A stretch of DNA of 63,644 nt, from assembly GCA_038230375.1 (NCBI GenBank), contig JBBRNJ010000054.1, positions 1 to 63,644 on the forward strand. Reading direction: 5' to 3'. Positions 1 through 9,193 of this stretch are shown piece by piece. The notes beneath the pieces are model-generated. The model was not told where the DNA came from. It was given only the letters and a program-made list of their open reading frames with translations, and made no database searches. Made by a program: the position numbers and the translations under genes. This stretch comes from Polyangiales bacterium. Its GTDB lineage: Bacteria > Myxococcota_A > Polyangia > Polyangiales > Polyangiaceae. Position 1 is the stretch's first letter, and each line of letters begins with the position of its first letter.

Positions 1-569
1 CCGAGCGCGCCGTCGACGACGCTGCGCTGCCACGCGGGATCGGGGATCGCTCGGCCCATGGCCCGGAGGCCCCACACGAGGGTGACGATCACGCGTGCAG
101 CCGCTCTGGGTTTCACGCTCCGCGGCACCTCCCGAGCGTCCTGCGCCTCCAGGATGGTCGCGGCGACCGCCTTCTCGAGAGATGCGACGGCCGCCTGCGC
201 ATGGCCGATGACCATGTCGTCGCATCGCCCGCGCTCGACCGCCGAGCTGATGAGCAGGCACCCGCGGTTACCGGGCTCCGCCTCCTCCGCGACCATTCGG
301 AAGACGCGCCGCAGCCGACCAAGCGGGCTCGCCCCGCCGCTCGCGTCGCGCAGCGCGTGCACCACGCCGGCGTAGCGGGCGGCGTAACGATCGAGCGCGG
401 CCCGGAAGAGCCCGTGCTTGTCGCCGAACGTGTCGTAGATGCTCTGCCGCTGCACGCCGGTGGCGCTCACGAGGTCGGCGATCGACGTGGCCTCGTAGCC
501 CTTCTCCCAGAACACGTCGAGCGCGCCTTCTAGTGCCACATCAGGGTCGAACTCTTTGGTGCGCGCCAT
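1..569 (-). CDS. TetR/AcrR family transcriptional regulator (partial; 3' end outside window)
   Basis: Not in the ORF track. Manual translation from ATG 569 gives MARTKEFDPDVALEGALDVFWEKGYEATSIADLVSATGVQRQSIYDTFGDKHGLFRAALDRY, a TetR HTH. The frame reads ...GRAIPDPAWQRSVVDGAL at the window edge. Confidence 0.9.
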   Translation of the reverse strand, partial: MARTKEFDPDVALEGALDVFWEKGYEATSIADLVSATGVQRQSIYDTFGDKHGLFRAALDRYAARYAGVVHALRDASGGASPLGRLRRVFRMVAEEAEPGNRGCLLISSAVERGRCDDMVIGHAQAAVASLEKAVAATILEAQDAREVPRSVKPRAAARVIVTLVWGLRAMGRAIPDPAWQRSVVDGAL

Positions 570-580
570 CGGACACCACC

Positions 581-610
581 AGCATGATCATTACGGAACG
601 ATCGGTCAAG
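581..610 (-). promoter_or_regulatory. Putative sigma70 promoter overlapping a TetR operator-like element
   Basis: Minus strand reads TTGACC (609-604), 17 nt, then CATGCT (586-581), just upstream of ATG 569. An imperfect palindrome TTGACCGATCGTTCCGTAA covers the -35. Confidence 0.5.
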
Positions 611-636
611 ATACATTTGGAGCTTCCTTCGGCGAT

Positions 637-1248
637 TCAGCGCGCGCGAGCCTTCGGGACTGACGGTGAATCATCGTCACCCTTCGCAAGGCGCAACGCG
701 GCGCGAACGCCAGCCTCGAGGATGGCGCCGGATTCAGCGCGGTCGGGGGTCGCGCGCGCGAGCTGGAGCGTACCGACCAGCAGCCCGAGCAAGGCCGCCG
801 CGTCTGCACGGGCCACCTTCTTCCGTTGCCTCGTCGAGAGCCATCCTGCGAGGAGGTCGAGGCTCGGCTCCAGGTGGGACGCGAAGGTCTGTCGTGTAGG
901 ACGTGGATGCCGCGCCACCTCCGATGCCAACGCCGCGGTCGGGCATCCACTCCCCGGCGAGTCACGGTGCTCGGCGCTCAGATACGCGCGGATCGCCATC
1001 TCGGGACCGCCATCGCGGAGCGCCCGTTCGAGCTCTGCGTTCCGAACGTCGAGTGACTGAAGAAGAGCTTCTCGCAGCAGTGCCTCCTTCGACTTGAAGT
1101 GCGTGTAGAAGGTCCCGACAGTCAAGTCGGCCTCCGCCATGATCTTCGCGAGGCCTACTGCGGCGATGCCGTGCTCACGAAAGAGGCGCGACGCCGCCGC
1201 CAAGATCCGTTCGCGCGTCGCTTCGTTGTGCTCCGGGGCGTATCGCAT
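637..1248 (-). CDS. TetR/AcrR family transcriptional regulator
   Basis: HTH ILAAASRLFREHGIAAVGLAKIMAEADLTVGTFYTHFKSKEAL; C-terminal YLSAEHRD..GCP motif; divergent from the SDR gene. Confidence 0.92.
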   Translation of the reverse strand: MRYAPEHNEATRERILAAASRLFREHGIAAVGLAKIMAEADLTVGTFYTHFKSKEALLREALLQSLDVRNAELERALRDGGPEMAIRAYLSAEHRDSPGSGCPTAALASEVARHPRPTRQTFASHLEPSLDLLAGWLSTRQRKKVARADAAALLGLLVGTLQLARATPDRAESGAILEAGVRAALRLAKGDDDSPSVPKARAR

Positions 1249-1449
1249 CGCTTCCTATGGTCCTATTGTAAGGTAATCATACTGTCATCAATGGCAAGCG
1301 CGCTCGCCGATCGCACGCCGCCACCGGCCATTCCGATCTCGAGCGGGACAAAAACGAGCCCGGCCCTTGCGTTTTGGCTTTTGCAGTACAACCATACTGT
1401 CATCGATCATCTGCAAGCGCGGGACGTATCGCGCGGAGGGAAGGACATC

Positions 1450-2286
1450 ATGATGGGCAAGGTGGCGCTCGTTACGGGGGCCTCGTCAGGCATCGGCGAA
1501 GCGACGGCGGAGCGGCTCGCGAAGGCGGGCTACAAGGTCTACGGCACCAGCAGGCGAGGAGCCTCGGCGGGCAAGCGCTCCTTCGAGATGCTGAGCCTCG
1601 ACGTGACCAGCGACGAGTCCGTCGCAGCCGCGGTCGACGAGCTGATCCGGCTCGAAGGCCGCATCGACCTGCTCGTGAACAACGCCGGCTTCGGCGTTGC
1701 CCCTGCGGGCGCGGAAGAGAGCTCGATCGAACAGGCCCAGGCGATCTTCGATACGAACTTCTTCGGGACCGTCCGGATGACGCGCGCCATCCTGCCCCAC
1801 ATGCGGCAGCAAGGCGGCGGTCGCATCATCAACATCGGCTCGGTGCTCGGCTTCTTGCCGGCGCCGTATGCAGCGCTCTACGTCGCGACCAAGCACGCGA
1901 TCGAAGGCTATTCGGAGTCTCTCGACCACGAGCTACGGACGCGAGGCATCCGGGTCTCGGTCATCGAGCCGGCGTACACGAAGACGCAGTTCGACACGAA
2001 CCAGCTGCAGGCCGACGCGAAGCTCGACGAGTATCGCGAGGCTCGTGCGTTCTTGGGCAAGATGGTGCCGGAGCTCGTCGCGGCGGGAGACGATCCGAGC
2101 GTCGTCGCCGCCGTCGTGTTCGAAGCTGCCACCGCGCCGCACCCGAAGGTCCGGTACAAGGCCGGCGGCCTCGCGAAGCGACTGGGACTGCTGCGCCGGT
2201 TTGCGCCCGCTGCCATGGTCGACACCGGGGTTCGAAAGAGCCTGCAGCTCGATGCAATCACGGCTGCGCCCCCTCGCGCGTCGTGA
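1450..2286 (+). CDS. Short-chain dehydrogenase/reductase (SDR)
   Basis: TGASSGIG, NNAG and YVATK motifs; SD-like GGAGGGAAGG before ATG 1450. Confidence 0.93.
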   Translation: MMGKVALVTGASSGIGEATAERLAKAGYKVYGTSRRGASAGKRSFEMLSLDVTSDESVAAAVDELIRLEGRIDLLVNNAGFGVAPAGAEESSIEQAQAIFDTNFFGTVRMTRAILPHMRQQGGGRIINIGSVLGFLPAPYAALYVATKHAIEGYSESLDHELRTRGIRVSVIEPAYTKTQFDTNQLQADAKLDEYREARAFLGKMVPELVAAGDDPSVVAAVVFEAATAPHPKVRYKAGGLAKRLGLLRRFAPAAMVDTGVRKSLQLDAITAAPPRAS

Positions 2287-2580
2287 CGCAGCTGTACGAC
2301 GCCGAGCTGGCCGCGGTGGAGCTGCGGGTCACTCAGTATTCAGTGCTCGCGATCCTCGGGCGGCGCGGCCCTTCGAGCATGCAAGACCTCGCGTCCGCGC
2401 TGGTGATCGATCGCTCCACGCTCGGCCACAACCTCCGCCCGCTGGAGAAGGCCGGGCTGGTTCACCTCGCGTTCGATCGGGACGATCGGCGAACTCGCCG
2501 ACTCGACCTGACGGCGGCGGGCATCGCGTCGTGTAAAGCGTGCTTTGGCCATTGGCGCGCTACGGCACGCGGTCTCGCTC
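2283..2580 (+). pseudogene. MarR family regulator remnant
   Basis: VTQLYDAELAAVELRVTQYSVLAIL...DRSTLGHNLRPLEKAGLV...DRRTRRLDLTAAG is a MarR winged helix. The N-terminus is lost into the SDR 3' end and there is no stop at the expected place. End coordinate is approximate. Confidence 0.7.
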
Positions 2581-2628
2581 GAAGTCTCAGATATGGGCAC
2601 ATGCCCACGATCAAGGAACAGGTCAAGC

Positions 2629-3759
2629 ATGCGCACCCGCCTCGCATCGTTGCTCGCGTTCTCGATCGCAGCCAGCGCGTGCGGCGCCGCGTCGCCACGG
2701 GGAAGCGCCGCGCGGCCAATCGCATCTGCCACGACGACGTCCTCGACCACACCGCCGTCCACGTTCACGGGGCGCGACGTGACGCTGTCGCAGTATCGGT
2801 TTCGCGACGGCGAGACGTTGCCCGCGCTACGCATTCACTTCTCTACGCTCGGGCAACCGCGGCGCGATTCGGCCGGCAAGATCACGAACGCGGTCCTCCT
2901 GCAGCACTGGACTTCGGCGAGCAGCGAGGCGCTGCAGACGCCGGAATTCGCCAGCACCCTGTATGCGCCGGGTCGGCCGCTCGATGCGACGAGGTACTTC
3001 CTCGTCTTCGTCGACAACGTGGGTCACGGCGGCTCGAGCAAGCCGAGCGACGGGATGCACGCGCGGTTTCCGCGCTACGGCTATCGCGACATGGTCGACT
3101 TGCAGCACCGCGTGGTGCGCGAGGTGCTGGGCGTCGAGCGGCTCCACGCGATCGTCGGCCTCTCGATGGGCGGCATGCACGCCTGGATGTGGGCCGAGGC
3201 GTACCCCGACGAGGTCGGTGGGATCATGCCAATCGTATCGCTCCCAGCGCGCATCGCCGGTCGAAACCTGATCTGGCGCCGCATCGTCACGCGCGCGATT
3301 CGCACCGATGTGGAGTGGAAAGGTGGCGAGTACCTCCAACCGCCGCGCGGGTGGGTTCAGGCATTCCCGCTGTTCCGCATGTTGCTCGACGGCGTCCCGC
3401 ACCTCCAGGCCGGCGTCACCGACGTCGCGAGCGCGGACTCGTTCGTCGACGACGCTGAAGCGCAGGCCCGGAAGATGGACGCCAACGATGTCCTCTATTC
3501 GCTCGAGTCATCGACGGACTACGCACCGGAAGCCGAGCTTGCCAAGGTACGCGCGAAAGTCACCGTGCTGAACTTCGGCGACGACGAGTTCAACCCGGTT
3601 TCGCTGCACGCGCTCGAGGCGCTGACGGCGACGGTGCCGCAGGCGCGGCTGGTGGTGCAACCCGGGACGACGCGATCGTTCGGTCACCTCACGCAGGCAC
3701 ATCCGAGCCTGTGGGCCGAGCATGTCGAGCGATTCATGCGGGATTTGGAGGAGCGGTGA
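2629..3759 (+). CDS. Exported alpha/beta hydrolase, homoserine O-acetyltransferase-like
   Basis: GLSMGG nucleophile elbow, DNVGHGGSSKPSDG and a C-terminal GH; N-terminal signal/lipobox (ASAC). Confidence 0.85.
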   Translation: MRTRLASLLAFSIAASACGAASPRGSAARPIASATTTSSTTPPSTFTGRDVTLSQYRFRDGETLPALRIHFSTLGQPRRDSAGKITNAVLLQHWTSASSEALQTPEFASTLYAPGRPLDATRYFLVFVDNVGHGGSSKPSDGMHARFPRYGYRDMVDLQHRVVREVLGVERLHAIVGLSMGGMHAWMWAEAYPDEVGGIMPIVSLPARIAGRNLIWRRIVTRAIRTDVEWKGGEYLQPPRGWVQAFPLFRMLLDGVPHLQAGVTDVASADSFVDDAEAQARKMDANDVLYSLESSTDYAPEAELAKVRAKVTVLNFGDDEFNPVSLHALEALTATVPQARLVVQPGTTRSFGHLTQAHPSLWAEHVERFMRDLEER

Positions 3760-4010
3760 AGACGATCTCGCCGCAAGCCGTACTCATCGTGCTCTCGCTC
3801 GCCGCGTTCATGGCGAGCCTTGATCTCTTCACCGTCAACGTTGCGTTCGAGGAGATCGTCTCCTCGGCGCCGGCGTCGGACTCGCGCTCCCCACCATCCT
3901 CTTCGTCGCGACGATCGATCTTCCCGCCGCGCGCACGGCCACGGGGAGCGCGGTGGTCACGATGAATCGACAGGCGGGGACCGTTCTCGGCGTCAGCCTC
4001 GCACTCTGTT
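3756..4010 (+). pseudogene. Internally deleted DHA2-type MFS transporter
   Basis: TM1 (VLIVLSLAAFMASLDLFTVNVAF) is joined, in another frame, to a late-TM segment LLGAGVGLALPTILFVATIDLPAARTATGSAVVTMNRQAGTVLGVSL. Confidence 0.75.
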
Positions 4011-4038
4011 CGCATCCATCGAACGAAAGGAAACGAAG

Positions 4039-4812
4039 ATGACCTCATCCCATCCTCCCGTCCTTCTGCTTCACAGCGGCGGCATGTCGTCGCGCCAATG
4101 GCGAAAGCTGGGCGAGCGCCTCGCCCCTACCCATCGCGTGATTGCACCGGACTTGCTCGGCTCGGGTGAGAAGCCCCTCTGGCCCGAAGGGGAGCCCTTC
4201 CACTTCAACGCCGACGTGGACGAGATCGAGCGCGTCATCGCGGACCTTGGCGAGCCGGTGCACGTCGTCGGGCACTCGTACGGCGGCCTCATCGCAGTCA
4301 CGCTCGCCCGGCGCATCCCAACGCGCATCCGCTCGCTCGCCGCCTACGATCCGGTCGCGTTCGGAGTCCTGCATGCGGCCAACGACACCGAAGGTCTCCG
4401 CGATCTCGCGCGCGCCGAGTCGAATCCTGTCTTCCTCGACGAAGGCCGCGGCGGGAGCGATGCGTGGTTTGAAGCCTTTGTCGACTACTGGAACGGTGAG
4501 GGCGCGTGGCGGGCGATGAACCAGGCCAGCCGAGACTCGTTCCTGCGGGTGGGTCGCAAGGTGTTCCTCGAGGTGATCTCGCTCATCGAGGACCGCACAC
4601 CTGCGTCCGCCTACGACGGCATCGCGGCGCCTGCGCTCCTCCTCACCGGCGAGCGGTCGCCTTCCGCCGCGCATCGCGTAGTGGCCCTTCTGAGCGAGGC
4701 GCTCCCCAACGCGCGCGTGGAGAGCGTGATCGGTGCGGGCCATATGGGCCCGCTCACGCACCAGGCGATCGTCAACGACTTGATCGCCGCGCACATCACG
4801 GCAGCGCCGTAG
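4039..4812 (+). CDS. Alpha/beta fold hydrolase
   Basis: LLHSGG, APDLLGSG, GHSYGG and GAGHMGP motifs; AAGGA SD before ATG 4039. Confidence 0.9.
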   Translation: MTSSHPPVLLLHSGGMSSRQWRKLGERLAPTHRVIAPDLLGSGEKPLWPEGEPFHFNADVDEIERVIADLGEPVHVVGHSYGGLIAVTLARRIPTRIRSLAAYDPVAFGVLHAANDTEGLRDLARAESNPVFLDEGRGGSDAWFEAFVDYWNGEGAWRAMNQASRDSFLRVGRKVFLEVISLIEDRTPASAYDGIAAPALLLTGERSPSAAHRVVALLSEALPNARVESVIGAGHMGPLTHQAIVNDLIAAHITAAP

Positions 4813-5644
4813 TGTGCTGACCCCGGTATGTCGCGCTCATCGCGCTCGTCGCTGGCAGCGGCATTCGAATCGACGAAGCGCGCCACCTATCGTGCATTCG
4901 CGCGAGCGCCACGTCGGTGCCTCCGACCGGTGCGGGCGGCACGCGTCTGGTCAGGACATCAACCACCTCGTTCTGGAAGCTCAGCGTCGTCGCTCCGCGG
5001 TCGTCCAGGTACATCGCGAGCAGGAGACCATCGCGCATCCGGTGGCGCCGCATTTGTACCCGAGGCGAGTGGCGCCACGCGCGTGGCTCGAACGCGTAGT
5101 CGGTGCTGTGTTCGATGAACGCAGCACGCCCTTCGTCGTGTGCGTCGATGAGGTCCTTGCATTCGAAGACGTCGAGGACCACGTACGCCGCTAGGATGAC
5201 AGAAGGCGAGCGTGGACGCCTGAGAACTTCGACCAATCACTTCGCTTCGAGCAAGTCTCGGATGACATGCGAGCAGTTCCAGCAGGCCACGCTGGCGGCC
5301 TCAGAACCTTCCCGTCACCGGCATCGGAGTGGGCCGCGTTGGTCCCAAGATTCCGCAGCGCCATTGAAAACCGCCGACGGTGCAAGCGTGACGAGCTCCA
5401 TGGCGATGTAGGGCGCGCCTTCGTGCTCACCAACGTCGTAGATCGCGATCGCGTTCGGGTGAATCAACGCGGCCGCCGCTCGCGCCTCGCGAAGGAGGCG
5501 TGCCTTCCCCTCGCTCGCGTTCTGATCGGGTCGAAGTACCTTCAGCGCTACGCGGTGATTGAGCGTCTCGTCGAGGGCGCAATAGACGCCTTCACCGAGC
5601 AGCCGCTCGACACGATAGCGACCAATGTTCGCTCCCTCGCGCAT
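4796..5644 (-). pseudogene. Decayed Ser/Thr kinase gene (N-lobe only, plus an interrupted downstream region)
   Basis: GRYRVERLLGEG-VY (Gly loop shortened), VALKVL, LLREARAAAALIHPN, YIAMELV; no HRD or DFG. The same frame continues through two TGA stops into ORF 4796-5236. Confidence 0.7.
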
Positions 5645-5677
5645 GGAAGCGACACTAGCACGCGGTACCTCGCGACC

Positions 5678-7654
5678 TCACAGTGAGCGGAGGAACGCAG
5701 CCAGCTCCGTCTTCTGTTCCGCACTGAGCTGCTTCGTCCGGCCCATGACGCCGTCGCATTTCTCGATCACGTCCTCGAGCGACGCGTAGCGCCCGTCGTG
5801 AAAGTACGGCGCCGTCCCGGACACGAATCTCAACGACGGCGTGTCGAACGCGCTTCCTCCCGGCGTGAGCGCATGGCTCATGTGGTCCGCGTAGTCTCCT
5901 TCCTTCGGATGACAGGAAGAGCACTGCGCCTCGCTCGACTCGAAGATCGCGCGCCCGCGGGTCACGTGTTCGTCCTCACGCACGGCCTCGCGCTCGGGTC
6001 CCGGCAGCGAGAGCAGATACGCGGCCAGCGCCGTGCGCTCCCGTTCGCCGAGCCCGCGTCCGTGGAGGTTCTTCGTTGTCTGCGCGATGTGCGAGATCAG
6101 CGTCGCGTTGGCGCCGTTCCAGTCGTAGGGCGCGGAGTCCCGCACGCGACCGGCCAGCATCGGCGTCTGACGCTTGCCCTTTGGCGTGGGCCATACGAGC
6201 CCGTCCTGGCGTCCGTCGGGATGGCAGCTTGCGCATGCGCGCCCGTCGTTCGAGATGCGTGGATCGTTGCTCGCGAAGAACAGCTCGCGCCCGAGCGACA
6301 ACTCGGTCGAACCCGGTGTTGGCGAGGGCGGAAGGGGAATCACGCGCAAGGCTCCGCCCGGCGCAAGGTCAAGGTCCGACACGCTGCGATCAAAGGCGCT
6401 CCACACGAACGCGTGCTTGCTCGCGGGATCTATCGCCAGCCCGCGCGGGCCTTTTCCGACAGGAAATCGCCGCTGTTTCTTGCGCGCGTCGAAGCACTTC
6501 GGCACCTCGTCGTACGGTTCCGCAACGCGATGCTCCAGCACCACGTCCGCGCCTTCGCATGCGATGTAGAGCGCGGAGCCGAGCGTGGCGACTGCGATCG
6601 GTAGCGTGCACTGAGGTGCGTGGTCGCTCTCGTAGCACTGGCGGTCCGACGCTCCGCTGATGTGCTTCGTGAGCAAGCTCTCGTCCGCGAGCGATACGCG
6701 CGCGACGTGCGCGACGTGCGTGTTCAGGCTGCTCACGTTCTCGCCGTACCCCGAGGGCTCGAAGCTGTCACCGGGGTTCACCAGCGCCTCCGGGACGTAG
6801 ACCTCATCACCGACGATCGCGAGGTCCATCCCCCACACCGCGCGTCGCAAGAAGGTGACCGCCATCGGTGGACCGTGTGAGACCCATCCCGGGCCACCGG
6901 GTAGCGCCCACGAGTTGCCGGGGACGCCGAAGTCGAGGCGCCGCTCCCGCACGTCGAGCGAGACCTCGCGCATCAGCGTTCCCTTTGATGCCAGATCCAC
7001 CACGGTGAGCCGCGACCCAGTGGCATGCGAGACGAACGCACGTGCGCCGTCGTCCGTGATCGTGATGCTCCGTGGCTCCGCCGCGATCGCCCTTGAAAAC
7101 AGGGGTTTCAGCGACTCCGCATCGAAGGCCTCCAGCGTGTGTCCGAAGGCGGTGGTCACCAGGAGCTGCGTTGCGTCCGGCGTGAGCGCGAGCCCGAACG
7201 GCTCGGATGCGGTGACGGCCTCGGCGACCTTCTCGGCGCTCCCGTCCGCACGCAGCGCATACGCCACGACCCGCGAGCGATCACGCAGCGTCGCATACAG
7301 CAATCGTCCGACGGCCACGCGCGCGGGTGCGCCGTCCAGCCCGATGGTGCGCACCGAGGGCACTTCGCCTGGAGTGTGGATGCGCACGATTGTCAGCGCC
7401 CGCGCGTCCTCGTCCGCGATGATGGCATGGAGCTGCGTTCCCTCGTGAGCGAGCACGATCGCACCGGGGCGCGTTGCGCCCGTGAACGCAACGCGCGGGA
7501 CCGCCGGAGCTGCCGCGCGAATCTCGACGGCTGCGCTCGGCACCGGAGCGGGCCCTGTCGAGCGCGCATGGCCTTCGGAGCAGCCCGCAATGGCAGACGC
7601 GGTGACCGACGCGAGCACGACCAAACCTGAAGCCCGACTCCACGATCCCGACAT
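5678..7654 (-). CDS. Lipoprotein with a YVTN/YncE-like beta-propeller and a C-terminal di-heme cytochrome c (peroxidase/MauG-like) domain
   Basis: Lipobox IAGC, propeller-like repeats, CASCH and CSSCH hemes, TPSLR..TAPYFHDG motif. Confidence 0.85.
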   Translation of the reverse strand: MSGSWSRASGLVVLASVTASAIAGCSEGHARSTGPAPVPSAAVEIRAAAPAVPRVAFTGATRPGAIVLAHEGTQLHAIIADEDARALTIVRIHTPGEVPSVRTIGLDGAPARVAVGRLLYATLRDRSRVVAYALRADGSAEKVAEAVTASEPFGLALTPDATQLLVTTAFGHTLEAFDAESLKPLFSRAIAAEPRSITITDDGARAFVSHATGSRLTVVDLASKGTLMREVSLDVRERRLDFGVPGNSWALPGGPGWVSHGPPMAVTFLRRAVWGMDLAIVGDEVYVPEALVNPGDSFEPSGYGENVSSLNTHVAHVARVSLADESLLTKHISGASDRQCYESDHAPQCTLPIAVATLGSALYIACEGADVVLEHRVAEPYDEVPKCFDARKKQRRFPVGKGPRGLAIDPASKHAFVWSAFDRSVSDLDLAPGGALRVIPLPPSPTPGSTELSLGRELFFASNDPRISNDGRACASCHPDGRQDGLVWPTPKGKRQTPMLAGRVRDSAPYDWNGANATLISHIAQTTKNLHGRGLGERERTALAAYLLSLPGPEREAVREDEHVTRGRAIFESSEAQCSSCHPKEGDYADHMSHALTPGGSAFDTPSLRFVSGTAPYFHDGRYASLEDVIEKCDGVMGRTKQLSAEQKTELAAFLRSL

Positions 7655-7760
7655 GGCTCTCCCGTCTCGCCGTCTAGCCCGACCGGTACGACAATGACTC
7701 ATCGTCCGAGCTCGGGACTTCGTGACCACGGCGATGCTCGATTTGTTTACGATGGCAGCC

Positions 7761-8240
7761 ATGCGAATCGCCATGTCGATGGGCCTGCTGATCGTCGCGT
7801 CGTCCTGCAAGCCGGCCGATCCACCTTCGTCCACATCCGCCCCGCCAAGCTCGCCAGCGCCAGTGGCCGCAAGCGGGCCCGCTTCCATCGCGTCCGCCAC
7901 ACCGCAGCCTTCGTCCACCGCGCTCGCAGCCCCGCCGACCGCGTCTGCAGCACCCGTCTCATCCGTCGGTCGCGAGGGTGCGCTCGAGACCGGCTACCTG
8001 ATTCGTCTGGCCGACGGCACGTGCACGTGGAACGTCTCCGAGTACTGCTGCCCGCCGCGCGCGATGTGCAAACCCTCGCCGGACCCAAGGGTCGTCGCAT
8101 GTCCCCCGCTCGCGCCCGTCAAAGAGGCCAAGCCCACGAACGACGTGGAGCCGTACAAGGAGCGGCGCGCAGACGGTCATTGCTGGTCAGGCCCCAACCC
8201 ACGGGCACTGCACCGATCGCTCTGCTGCAACGAGCACTGA
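7761..8240 (+). CDS. Small Cys-rich putative lipoprotein
   Basis: Lipobox ASSC, Pro/Ser/Ala linker, then CTW..CCPPRAMCKPSP..CP domain. Confidence 0.6.
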   Translation: MRIAMSMGLLIVASSCKPADPPSSTSAPPSSPAPVAASGPASIASATPQPSSTALAAPPTASAAPVSSVGREGALETGYLIRLADGTCTWNVSEYCCPPRAMCKPSPDPRVVACPPLAPVKEAKPTNDVEPYKERRADGHCWSGPNPRALHRSLCCNEH

Positions 8241-8299
8241 GGACGCTGCAGCACGGAGAGCGTGACAGACAGCGCTTGCGCGTCTATCTGAACCTTCGC

Positions 8300-9058
8300 A
8301 TGCGCGCCGTTCTCACGCTCCTCGTGCTGCTCGCGTGCGCGCTTCCCGGTGCAGCGGGCGCGGCCACGCCGAACGGCCCCACGTCGCCAGCGGTGCCCAA
8401 GCCCTGGTGTGCGCCCGAGGTGACGGAGCTGTCCTCGCACGTGTGCTTCTTCGACGGACCGGTGCCCGCGGACGGTCGTCGAACGCTCGTCATCTATCTG
8501 CACGGAATGCTCGCGGACACGCCGGGCTTCGCGTGGCTCCAGCATCGCGCCATGGCCATTCACGCGAAGCGGCTGGGCTTCACCGTGTTGATGCCCACCT
8601 CTCCCAAGGAGGACAGCGCGTTCGTGTGGCCCACGTCGGAGTCGGCGATCAAGGAAAAGGAGCCCGCGATCATCGCTGGCATCGCGCAGGCGCGTGCGGA
8701 CCTCGTGGCGCGCGTGGGCCACGACTTCGACGAGACGTTCGTGGTCGGATTCTCCAGCGGCGCGTACTACGGGAGCGCGGCCGCGCTGCGCTCCGCGATC
8801 CCATGTGACGGCACCATCGTCCTCGCGGGCGGCTCCGCATGGGCGCGGCCCGATCTCACGAAGGAGCGTCGCGCGCCGATCTTCGTCGGCGTGTCCGCGG
8901 CAGATCGTCAGACGCGTGAGCACTCGCGCGCGTTCGGCGGCGCGCTCAATGCGCTTCACTGGCCACACCGCACCGAGGAGCAGAACGCCGGGCACATGGT
9001 CGACTGGACGCTCATCGCGCACGGCATCGGCTGGCTTCGCGCACAGCAGAGGCCATGA
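8300..9058 (+). CDS. Secreted alpha/beta hydrolase (esterase-like)
   Basis: Signal peptide, IYLHGM, GFSSG and a C-terminal GH. Confidence 0.75.
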   Translation: MRAVLTLLVLLACALPGAAGAATPNGPTSPAVPKPWCAPEVTELSSHVCFFDGPVPADGRRTLVIYLHGMLADTPGFAWLQHRAMAIHAKRLGFTVLMPTSPKEDSAFVWPTSESAIKEKEPAIIAGIAQARADLVARVGHDFDETFVVGFSSGAYYGSAAALRSAIPCDGTIVLAGGSAWARPDLTKERRAPIFVGVSAADRQTREHSRAFGGALNALHWPHRTEEQNAGHMVDWTLIAHGIGWLRAQQRP

Positions 9059-9193
9059 GCCTGTGACCCCTCTGACCTGCGAGGCACTTTGCCTCACGTG
9101 AGAAGTAATGGCGGTCAAGCTTGGTTGGCCAACCCTCGCCCACGCCTTCAATGACGCGGAGGGAATGACGCGCGCGGGTGGCGCGACCTTCGC

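Noticed and set aside
1374..3458. 694-aa ORF as a real protein
   Set aside because: It is a shadow frame over the SDR and hydrolase genes; only the MarR segment is protein-like.
2629..3759. Assigning metX
   Set aside because: The protein has an export signal and no methionine-pathway context, so only the fold family is supported.
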